64,000 nucleotides of DNA from a virus. Its lineage: Duplodnaviria; Caudoviricetes. Shown here one piece after another: positions 49,001 through 57,601 of this stretch. Location: positions 2,199 through 66,198 of the IMG/VR virus record IMGVR_UViG_3300032229_000798; one strand, 5' to 3'. Positions within the stretch are counted from its first letter, which is position 1; each line of letters begins with the position of its first letter. The position numbers and the translations under genes were made by a program. The notes under the pieces were generated by a model. The model was not told the origin of the DNA, searched no databases, and was given only the letters and a program-made list of their open reading frames with translations.

Positions 49001-49492
49001 TTAATATAAAAGGACGCAATACTGCGGTTGGATAGTAAAACCTAATTCAACTACTTCATCACTTGCATAGTCAAAAGTGCTACCAAAATCAATAGTACCA
49101 CTTAGAATACAGTTTACAAGAAGCCATTCTGAAATACGCACACCTGTCGGATCAAGCATTTCTAAAGTAATAGATTTTGAAGAACCGACATTATATCCCA
49201 TACGACCTGTTACTGATTCTGCGTGAAGCCTTAGCCATTCTATTAGACCTTGGGAGGTGGACGGCGCAATGAAATCACGTACTTTGATGTTCATAGAACT
49301 CCATTTATATGAACCATTTACGAATGTGGAAGTGTTGATAAACTTCATTTCGTTCGTGGTGATTTCCATTTTAGGTGCATCTACCGACTTACAAGCCCAC
49401 GTTTGAATACCAATATCTGTTGGAAAACGAAGCAACCATCGGTTCTGCTTTTTGGGTTCTGATTTTAACGGAGATTGCAAAAGAAGATCCAT
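49001..49492 (-). CDS. tail tube protein (T4 gp19-like)
   Basis: EPKKQNRW, LRLHAESVTGRMGY, LEMLDPTGV..EW, FDYASDE. Confidence 0.85.
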   Translation of the reverse strand: MDLLLQSPLKSEPKKQNRWLLRFPTDIGIQTWACKSVDAPKMEITTNEMKFINTSTFVNGSYKWSSMNIKVRDFIAPSTSQGLIEWLRLHAESVTGRMGYNVGSSKSITLEMLDPTGVRISEWLLVNCILSGTIDFGSTFDYASDEVVELGFTIQPQYCVLLY

Positions 49493-49551
49493 GTTATTAT
49501 ATTTGGGTGTTTTTTTTCTTTGTGTTAATTAATAAATATCATTTCAAAAAT

Positions 49552-50706
49552 TTATATTTTTGAAAGCTCTTGACGTATCAATGACATTGTTTCTCTATTG
49601 AAACCAAAAACTGCTTGGATTAAAGAACCACCAGAGCCTAAGAGGTTATTATCTGCAAGCAAACCGACAATATTACTTAAAGCTAATTTTCCATTTTTTA
49701 ATCTGTCGACTTTAGCTTGCACTTCTCTGGCTATTATGTTAGTTAATGTTTCATTGAGGTCTGTATTTTTTCTGATTAACATATTAGCAATCAAATCCAA
49801 TATCTCATCTAATACCTTATCGTTTGGTTTTAAACCGCTGAAAACAATTTGCGCTCTTTTAATAATAGCGGTCGCTGTTAAAACAGCCTTTCTGTTTTTG
49901 GTCTTATCTTTATTGTTTTCTAATTCCTGCTCAAAAATATTTTCTTCTTCAGATTCATCAGAAAAAAAACCTTTAGCCAAGTTTATTGCGGTGTTTCCCT
50001 TAGAATAATTTAAAACCTCTTTTTTTATGAATAAAGGTATTTCTTCAAACCATTTAGGTATATCGTTGTTTCTTAAATCGCTTAATAACCTTTTCTTTAT
50101 CTCTTTTAAAATAAATGTATCAATCTGTTTATTACCAGTTATGCTTAATGGTTTTTTCCCAGAAAAATAATATGTTATGATAGTGTCCAAATAAATATCA
50201 AAAACATAATTCAAAATCTTACCCAAAGTTCTGTTTGTTTTATCGCCAGCGACAAACAACAAAATCTCCAAAGCAAGTTTTTGATTGTTTTGATTTTTTA
50301 TAAAAGCCATTCTTGCAAAATCACCACCTCTTTCAAAAATGAAAGGTATAAAAGACCTTATTATTTCTTTTGTTAATTCTTGCCTTTCGTTTTCTGGTAA
50401 ATTCCTGAAATTTCTAAAGGCTTTATTTGGTGGAATTTCAGATTTCTCAAATCTACTTTTATTTTTTTCGTATTCTTTTTCAGTGTCTTTTAAACTCGGC
50501 TTATCAAACTTTCTTTTCTTTTTCTTTTTTTCTTCTTGATTTTCAGGGTTTTCAATCCTTTCGCCATCCATTGAAACCATAAGCTCATTCAAACCCCGCA
50601 AAACCTTTTCACCAACTGTTTCAAAAATAACATGAAACCCCCCAACGCTTTCACGCTGGGGAATTTCATGTCTAACAGCTTCACTTATTAATTTATTAAT
50701 ATTCAT
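49552..50706 (-). CDS. hypothetical protein with ISE/LNE leader, inserted between the sheath and tube genes
   Basis: 384-aa ORF, K-rich, AT-rich DNA. Confidence 0.65.
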   Translation of the reverse strand: MNINKLISEAVRHEIPQRESVGGFHVIFETVGEKVLRGLNELMVSMDGERIENPENQEEKKKKKRKFDKPSLKDTEKEYEKNKSRFEKSEIPPNKAFRNFRNLPENERQELTKEIIRSFIPFIFERGGDFARMAFIKNQNNQKLALEILLFVAGDKTNRTLGKILNYVFDIYLDTIITYYFSGKKPLSITGNKQIDTFILKEIKKRLLSDLRNNDIPKWFEEIPLFIKKEVLNYSKGNTAINLAKGFFSDESEEENIFEQELENNKDKTKNRKAVLTATAIIKRAQIVFSGLKPNDKVLDEILDLIANMLIRKNTDLNETLTNIIAREVQAKVDRLKNGKLALSNIVGLLADNNLLGSGGSLIQAVFGFNRETMSLIRQELSKI

Positions 50707-50708
50707 TA

Positions 50709-53700
50709 TTAGATATTATCGAAAGTTGCACTATCGTTAGTAAGTGTAAAACCAATATTAATCTCTTCCAGTGCCAGTGTAGGTTGAATCAAAATCTTGC
50801 CGTTCAATTGGTTTGTTTCGTAAGCACTTTGACTGTAATCCAACTGGATTCTGAAGTTGATAATACCCCTATCGTTACGAATATTTGCCAAAATCGGGTT
50901 TACAAGTTGTTCAAACTGTCTGCGAACGGTTTCATCATTCTGCTCAAAGAGAAGATTCACAGATACGTCTGCGATAAGCTGACGCACATAAATCATTAGC
51001 CTGCGGACATTGATTCTGTCAAGAACCGTCTCTTCAATCTGGAGGGTTTTATTACCCCAGTTTGTAACGACGCCTGCATCCCTCCACATACTGTTAATAC
51101 GGCCTCCGTATAATGTATCCCTTTCGTCTGCTGTCGGATTCTTAACGACATCCACAAATACGCTGCCACCACGCTTTTTACCGCTTGGGGCAAACCATAC
51201 ACGCGAAACCCTGTCACTTACAGCATACACCCTTGGAAGGTCAACACTTGCTGGCACATAAACGTAGGTGTTGTTTTCAGTGTCATTGTAAATACAATCG
51301 TATGCGTAAGTTGCAGCATAAGATGTAGAATAAAGACCGTCCAACCTGTCAGAAATCGTTTTTGCGCTGAATGGAATACCGTCTGCATCCCTTGTAGGAG
51401 TATCAGTGATATAGAAGGCATCGCAACGAACTTCTTCCAACATCTCTACCATTTCTTCAATCAGATTTGAATTGTCGAAAGTATTGATATTTGGTGTTAC
51501 AACGAGGTTATATTTAACCAGTTCTGGGTTGGCAATAACCCTGATTCCTTTCAGGTACGCATAGTAATCTGAATTTATAACCGTTGAAAATTCGCCGTCG
51601 AAATCCTCCAAAACATAACTGTCAAAAGCTCCTGACTGAAGACCAAGGATACCGTTTGTACCGTTCATGGTATATTGATCCCCGATACTTCTGTTACCTG
51701 TTGTAAGACGGTGAATATCCCAACCATCGAATCCACCAAAGAATGCCATTGTGAATTTACGGGAGTTCAGTTTTTCGTATGTGGTTCCAACAAGGTCAGC
51801 ATCATTTCTAAACTCATTCACACCCACCTCAAACAGAATACTGCCAACGCCGTCCACCAAAGCACTTGAAGCATCTTTGTCCATGTGGAAGCCTTTTGTC
51901 TTTCCAGTGAAAGACAATGTGTTAACAGAAGGTGCGCCATGCCAATCGAAGAGGTCTTGGTCGTACCCGTCATTACTGTTGAATCCGAGATATTCATAAC
52001 GGACTTTATCTGTGGTCGCATAAGCGGTTTTATATTGGGCGATAGGTGATTTTGCACAATCACCATAATCTACTACAGGATAACCCTCGAAACCAGCAGG
52101 GAAAGCATCATAAACACAAGTAGCAGCTACATCAACACTGATATAAAGCGATTTTTGTGGGTAAATGTCATTCAATGCCTTACCACCAATCACACGTGCG
52201 ATATAGTTGTTACTCTGCACATCCAGTGAACAATTCACAAACTGCTCCAAAATAACTGGATTTTTGTCTGTGTCGTTATAGCTGCGAATCAAAACATCAA
52301 ACAAACGACGGTCTGGGCGAATATTCACAAGACTTACCTTCACATAACGGTTAGATGAATCACCGTCACCGAGTGTCAGGAATTTAAACAAACGCACGAC
52401 CTTGTTTCCACGAAGTTCTGATACAACATAAGGTGTTTCTGCACCCTGATATTGTTGCTTGTAATTGAAAAGGGTTGTGTTATGGCAAATAGTGGGCTTA
52501 ATGCAATAGATTTTATCTTGTGCAACGAGATTATCAAACATCGTCTGATACAATTCGGAAATATAAAGCGGAGAATCATTCTCACAGCAATTTGCACGAA
52601 CACCGAAGACTTTGTTAATGTAATTCTTTTTGCGCTTGTCAAGTGATACGATGTAAGAAAACTCGACACCATCTGTACCAGTACCAGTCAACTTGAAATC
52701 ATCATAAGGTTTGATTGTCTGTCCTGCTACAAGCGGCTCAATAAGAATATTTGTATTTTTAACCCTGAAATTGAGTTCTTCGTTTCCGTTATATGAACCC
52801 ACACTGCGAAGTCCGCAAACAATCATGTCCTCATAAGAAGTGATTCCGCTTGCTGTAAGTTGTCTGGCATTTCCACTCAATTGAATAGTGACAATACCTG
52901 AAGGTATTTGAATTTCTGTTGACGTAGAACCAGACTGGAAAACAGGTGTGCTGATAACAGTTGTGCCTGTTACAATAGTGTATCCTGTTCCGTTGATTCC
53001 TTCACAATCATAAACGACACTGTTTGAACCGAGTTCACAGATTTTGTATTGTGCCCCGTTGAGAATATCTCCGTTCGGAAGGGTAATAGTACCGTTCAAA
53101 ATGGTGATACTATCATCCATGTTGTGGGTAATTGTACCGCCTTTTACTACAATGATTCCTGCACTTACTGGCTCTACTTCACTCGAATTTACGTCAACGA
53201 TTACAATAGGTGTCGCTACTGTGATATTGAGCGTAGAACCGATTGTTTGAGTTCCAGCACTGAATTGAACGTAACAAGTAGTTGTGGTTGCGGTTTGTGT
53301 CACATATCCACCAGAAATAGAAGTTCCTGTCAAGCAGATGTATTGATCGTCACGCTGGGTTACATTGGCTGTAAAACGCGCACTTGAAAACAAGCCGTCA
53401 CAATCTGAAACGAAAGCATCGAGGCTGTTGAAATTCAGTGTCGTTCCAGTAGCGACATTATATCCACCCAAATCTTCAGCGGTCAAGACACCAGAATCAA
53501 ACATATCCTGAATCGTAGTGTTGCTAAAGCTACCAGAAGTCAAAACACCGTTTGCATACTGAATTTCACCAGTAAAAGAGCCTGTTGCTCCTTGGACGAT
53601 AGTGTTGGTATCTACATTCGAACCGATAGTAATTGACCAAAGGTCGCCAGCATCGTAACCAGAAAGACCAAGTACACGGCAAATATATGCCTCATTCGAC

Positions 53701-53960
53701 TCCTGAAGGAATTGCTTGGCTGTATATGCACCCTGGAATTTAAGTTGGTTGGTGTTTTTATATTTGCATGGGTTCAGTGAACCGAACTTAGCTGAAAATT
53801 CGTTGTAATTTGACACCCTTGTTACATCGAAAGCCGAACCGTATTCAAATTCACCCATAATCATCAGTTTGGTTAAGGCAAATTGACGTTGGGGGGTGAA
53901 TGATAAATCGCGTTCAGAAAAGTTTACAGAGGGAGCTACCCTTATTCTATTATTCGCCAT
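50709..53960 (-). CDS. contractile tail sheath protein (T4 gp18-like) with insertions
   Basis: APSVNFSERDLS N-terminus; FFGGFDGWD; WFAPSGKKRG; WGNKTLQ; DRINVRRL; LLFEQND. Confidence 0.93.
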   Translation of the reverse strand: MANNRIRVAPSVNFSERDLSFTPQRQFALTKLMIMGEFEYGSAFDVTRVSNYNEFSAKFGSLNPCKYKNTNQLKFQGAYTAKQFLQESNEAYICRVLGLSGYDAGDLWSITIGSNVDTNTIVQGATGSFTGEIQYANGVLTSGSFSNTTIQDMFDSGVLTAEDLGGYNVATGTTLNFNSLDAFVSDCDGLFSSARFTANVTQRDDQYICLTGTSISGGYVTQTATTTTCYVQFSAGTQTIGSTLNITVATPIVIVDVNSSEVEPVSAGIIVVKGGTITHNMDDSITILNGTITLPNGDILNGAQYKICELGSNSVVYDCEGINGTGYTIVTGTTVISTPVFQSGSTSTEIQIPSGIVTIQLSGNARQLTASGITSYEDMIVCGLRSVGSYNGNEELNFRVKNTNILIEPLVAGQTIKPYDDFKLTGTGTDGVEFSYIVSLDKRKKNYINKVFGVRANCCENDSPLYISELYQTMFDNLVAQDKIYCIKPTICHNTTLFNYKQQYQGAETPYVVSELRGNKVVRLFKFLTLGDGDSSNRYVKVSLVNIRPDRRLFDVLIRSYNDTDKNPVILEQFVNCSLDVQSNNYIARVIGGKALNDIYPQKSLYISVDVAATCVYDAFPAGFEGYPVVDYGDCAKSPIAQYKTAYATTDKVRYEYLGFNSNDGYDQDLFDWHGAPSVNTLSFTGKTKGFHMDKDASSALVDGVGSILFEVGVNEFRNDADLVGTTYEKLNSRKFTMAFFGGFDGWDIHRLTTGNRSIGDQYTMNGTNGILGLQSGAFDSYVLEDFDGEFSTVINSDYYAYLKGIRVIANPELVKYNLVVTPNINTFDNSNLIEEMVEMLEEVRCDAFYITDTPTRDADGIPFSAKTISDRLDGLYSTSYAATYAYDCIYNDTENNTYVYVPASVDLPRVYAVSDRVSRVWFAPSGKKRGGSVFVDVVKNPTADERDTLYGGRINSMWRDAGVVTNWGNKTLQIEETVLDRINVRRLMIYVRQLIADVSVNLLFEQNDETVRRQFEQLVNPILANIRNDRGIINFRIQLDYSQSAYETNQLNGKILIQPTLALEEINIGFTLTNDSATFDNI

Positions 53961-54003
53961 TTAGTTTCAATTTTTTATATAAATATGCGAATAGTTGGAA
54001 ATA

Positions 54004-55083
54004 TTAGGATGCTATTCCGTAGAGCTTTATTTGCACTGGTTTTGTTACTGTTTTATTATATACCAGTTTTAATATATCACCTCTGTTTATATTGAATGGG
54101 AGGGTGGACGGCGAATTGTTTACAAAATAATCCACGTTATTATCTGTGGTGGATTGGTTGTCGAATTGGACGGCGAAATTGGTGGTCAGCCTATATTCAA
54201 TAGTCGTAGATGACTTTTTGTTTAGGTTGAATGTCAATGATTGGTTGCAATCATTGGAATTGGTTATTTCTTCTATACTGCAAACTTCTGGGGTGGACGG
54301 CGAAAGAGGTTCTGTGGACATTTTTATGTTGTTCACACTGCGCTTTATTTTGAAATCCTTTTCATCGAATATAAAGGCTTTCAGGTTTATCACATAATTG
54401 GTTCTATAAAAGCGTCTCTCTTCTATTTCCTTTTTATTATTCTCCGTAATATCATCCAAAACCAATTCCATATTATGCCCAAAAATGTTGATTGAGTTTT
54501 GGGGTTTTTTGAACTCCTGTAAAATCAATTCATTAAATTTGTTGGTCGTATGGATGTGGTTTGCAAATAAATTGATTTTATATTGCAAGTCCACAAAAGT
54601 CGGTTGGGGGATTTCAATATATTCAAATATTGTTTTTCCATTAACGACTTTAGGGATTCTATATAATGGAAAAGATTCTCCCGAAGGAAGTGTCGAAGAG
54701 AATCCCCCAAGATAAGTTCCTTTTTTTCCAGCGGTTTCTTTCGTCACAGTTATAAGTGGCAGTTTCGGGTGACTGGATTCATCCGTTTGGTTCCACGTCT
54801 GCATAAATTCTGAAAATCTTTGCAGGTTTATTTGGAACACTGGCACCAAAGAACCCTCTACTTCAAACTGCAATGCCTTCACCCACTCGATAAAAGCATT
54901 GTCAAGGTCTTCCAAATGAATTGCCCTTGGAAACAAGGTCTCTCCATCTGTCACCTCTTTCATGCTCATTTCAGTAACCAAGTCGTTGTTTTCAACCAAT
55001 TGTTGGACTGGCAAATCCAACAAATCAGTTGTTTTATTTGCTATTCCAGGTTTTTTAATTATTATTGACTTGGGTGGTTGCAT
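54004..55083 (-). CDS. tail completion / sheath stabiliser-like protein (gp15-like)
   Basis: LEDLDNAF...LPLITV...IPQPTFVDLQYKI; located directly upstream of the sheath gene. Confidence 0.55.
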   Translation of the reverse strand: MQPPKSIIIKKPGIANKTTDLLDLPVQQLVENNDLVTEMSMKEVTDGETLFPRAIHLEDLDNAFIEWVKALQFEVEGSLVPVFQINLQRFSEFMQTWNQTDESSHPKLPLITVTKETAGKKGTYLGGFSSTLPSGESFPLYRIPKVVNGKTIFEYIEIPQPTFVDLQYKINLFANHIHTTNKFNELILQEFKKPQNSINIFGHNMELVLDDITENNKKEIEERRFYRTNYVINLKAFIFDEKDFKIKRSVNNIKMSTEPLSPSTPEVCSIEEITNSNDCNQSLTFNLNKKSSTTIEYRLTTNFAVQFDNQSTTDNNVDYFVNNSPSTLPFNINRGDILKLVYNKTVTKPVQIKLYGIAS

Positions 55084-55704
55084 TTAAACGTCTAACATTT
55101 TTAAATTACCATTTTTATCGTATCCGAAATTAGTTGCACTAATATCAATTTCAAATAATCTTAGTTTTTCGATTTCTTCTACCAATTTGGTAAATTTTTT
55201 ATATGCTTTTAATAAACTTTGGTCCAAATTTTTTAACAGCCAATTATGTGCATTCAAATAATATTCATCCATTTTTTTCACATTTCCGTCCACTGATTTA
55301 TATTCAAAAAGTAAATCTTTGAATGAAATATCAAACTTATCTCTTAAAATATTTAAAATCTTAATATATTCTTCTTTAGATTTCAAAGAATTTAATTTTT
55401 CAGTTACAACATAATTTTTTGATATTTTTAAAATCTTTACGAATAAATTGGGATGCTTTTGCATTTCTTCAAACTGATATAATTCATCGTAGTTATATTT
55501 TCTTTTTACATAGTCGGTTACAATGTTTTTATTATCAACAACTTCTTCTCTATCTGCTCTGTGATTTCTGCCAAACTTTATTATTTTATTTGGATCACTT
55601 GAGCTAAAAGCATATTGATAACCACCGTGGCCAATATATTTGTCACGATTTTTTTGAGATAATTCTAATTCTTTTAAAAATTTTTCAGATAAGATAACTT
55701 TCAT
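55084..55704 (-). CDS. protein kinase-like protein with LSE/LKE leader
   Basis: IGHGGYQYAF glycine loop, IIK, VTEKL, DISATNFG (D-x4-N), KMLD. Confidence 0.6.
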   Translation of the reverse strand: MKVILSEKFLKELELSQKNRDKYIGHGGYQYAFSSSDPNKIIKFGRNHRADREEVVDNKNIVTDYVKRKYNYDELYQFEEMQKHPNLFVKILKISKNYVVTEKLNSLKSKEEYIKILNILRDKFDISFKDLLFEYKSVDGNVKKMDEYYLNAHNWLLKNLDQSLLKAYKKFTKLVEEIEKLRLFEIDISATNFGYDKNGNLKMLDV

Positions 55705-55707
55705 GTT

Positions 55708-56115
55708 TTAATCAGCACTTTTACCATATTTATAAACCTGTCCCATGATATAGCTTTTCATAAAATCATCAAGATATTTAACATCTTCGTCTGAAAGGCT
55801 TTCCAATGAAATTATTTTTGTTTTATCGTAAAAAAAATTTTCGCTTCTTTTTTCTTGTTGATTTGGATATATTTTGGATGGTACATAAGCATCTTCGACT
55901 CTGAAATCACCATCTTTTAAAAAATATAAATCATCTCCTAAATCAGGGTCTTTCATTACGATTTTAAATCCAAACTTGTTATCTGGTATTTTTTGGTATG
56001 TTAATGTTTTTTTGCTTCCAAATAAAAGATTAGAGATAATCATGTTTTTTAAAGATTCTTTCAGTGTAAACCCGAAAACACTTTCTACTATATTAGAGAA
56101 TGATATTTTTTTCAT
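55708..56115 (-). CDS. hypothetical protein with IVE/LKE leader
   Basis: 135-aa ORF, AT-rich. Confidence 0.55.
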   Translation of the reverse strand: MKKISFSNIVESVFGFTLKESLKNMIISNLLFGSKKTLTYQKIPDNKFGFKIVMKDPDLGDDLYFLKDGDFRVEDAYVPSKIYPNQQEKRSENFFYDKTKIISLESLSDEDVKYLDDFMKSYIMGQVYKYGKSAD

Positions 56116-56116
56116 A

Positions 56117-57505
56117 TTAGTGGAATATCGGTTTTGTAATTATGTTGAATTTTACTTGTTCTGGATATGTTTTGACTGTTCCTTTGTTTAATATCTTGAA
56201 ATCAAGCATATATGTTTGAGGAATCATCCAACTCGTATCCAAAAAGAACCAATTTTCACATACACCTCTATTCATCGGCATCCAGTCAATTATTGTTAAT
56301 TCATCGTATGGCCCTTGCTTTATATATATGCGATAATAGATATTATCCACAGCAATTGTCTTGTGGGGGTTGGACGGCGATTTCACATCAATAAAAATTT
56401 TGCGAATATCACCCTGTCTGATAATCTCATCCCTCTTTATCCCCCTGAAACCGAAATTAAAATTTGTTTCTGGGGTCGGTGTATTATAACTGAAATCGTA
56501 ATAGTTTTCAGCAGGGACAAGATTGAATTTAAAAGATTGGTCTGGAAGGCTTTTTCCGTTTATATTAATGTCCGTCCACTTGTCCGTCCAAGCATAACAT
56601 TTTTGAATACTGGCAGAAGGTATTTCAAATTCTATATAATATATCCCCTTGTCTTGACATTGACCTGTTAAAGTAAATTGTAATTGGTTTAGCTCATTAT
56701 ACACCTCTACAACAGGGTCATTATCCAAAGCCACATTTTCGCCGTCCACCCTCGCATACAAATACAACCTGTTAATCTTATCAAGATAGAAATTTGCTCT
56801 ATCATCCATTATAGGATTGACATACTCTGTTTCCAGGAACGGTTCAAAAAATGTTTCAGTTTCCTTTCCAAAGAACACAACGTGATTTTCAATATCAGAA
56901 AATTCTCTTTCGGATTCATAATGGAATGCAAGTCCAAAACCTTCGTTACTTCCACCAGTCAAAAGCATATTGTTTACAATCGTGGTAACATCAAATTCCA
57001 AATCTGGGCTACTGCAACTGATATTTTTGCACATCAGATATTGTGGCGTCTGATACAATGAATCATACACCCCCTCTGTAGCCCAAGTATCTCCGCTCTG
57101 GGCGAAGTACCAGTTGGACGGCGATTTGCTCACAGCACAGTTTAACCTCGCAAAAGAAGTACAAAGTTCTGCACAAGATGTATCCGTTCCGCAACCTTCC
57201 TCCCAAAACTCGTTTATTTTAAAAAGACAGACAGTATAACTTGTCGGCATACAGGCATAAGGTGTCTCATTGAACCCCGCGTGTTTGAATTTCAGTTTGT
57301 GTTTGACATTTGACAAATCCCCCAACTCACAATCCAAAAACTTTTGTTCAAGGTTTTCCAATGGAAATTGAAATAAATATCGAGAAAAGTTTGGTTTATC
57401 TCTGCCTCCACCATAGAATAAATCAATAGTAGGCATACTACCAAAGTTAAACTCTGATTTATACATGATGGTGTTATCTTTGGTAAAGTACGTTCTAAAG
57501 TACAT
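56117..57505 (-). CDS. putative virion structural protein (Cys-rich)
   Basis: 462 aa, beta-rich (FSRYLFQF, WEEG, FDVT, FFEPFLETEY); heads the tail operon; TATTTAT motif upstream. Confidence 0.55.
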   Translation of the reverse strand: MYFRTYFTKDNTIMYKSEFNFGSMPTIDLFYGGGRDKPNFSRYLFQFPLENLEQKFLDCELGDLSNVKHKLKFKHAGFNETPYACMPTSYTVCLFKINEFWEEGCGTDTSCAELCTSFARLNCAVSKSPSNWYFAQSGDTWATEGVYDSLYQTPQYLMCKNISCSSPDLEFDVTTIVNNMLLTGGSNEGFGLAFHYESEREFSDIENHVVFFGKETETFFEPFLETEYVNPIMDDRANFYLDKINRLYLYARVDGENVALDNDPVVEVYNELNQLQFTLTGQCQDKGIYYIEFEIPSASIQKCYAWTDKWTDININGKSLPDQSFKFNLVPAENYYDFSYNTPTPETNFNFGFRGIKRDEIIRQGDIRKIFIDVKSPSNPHKTIAVDNIYYRIYIKQGPYDELTIIDWMPMNRGVCENWFFLDTSWMIPQTYMLDFKILNKGTVKTYPEQVKFNIITKPIFH

Positions 57506-57561
57506 CGAATTTTTTTTTGTTAAAAATAAATATTTTTGTTTTCAGTTTCCGAAATAGTTCT

Positions 57562-57569
57562 TATCTTTG
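57562..57569 (+). promoter_or_regulatory. Bacteroidota -7 promoter element TATCTTTG
   Basis: Lies about 32 nt before ATG 57602. Confidence 0.65.
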
Positions 57570-57601
57570 CAGCACTGTTTAACAATCTAAAACACGGTAA
57601 C

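Noticed and set aside
389-55083. Bacterial extracellular contractile injection system or T6SS locus
   Set aside because: The tail genes are interspersed with phage replication, RNR, late sigma and lysis-type genes, which indicates a phage genome. Head genes presumably lie outside the window.
57536-57601. Upstream TTG start for the primase-helicase gene
   Set aside because: This stretch contains the TATCTTTG promoter element, so ATG 57602 is more plausible.
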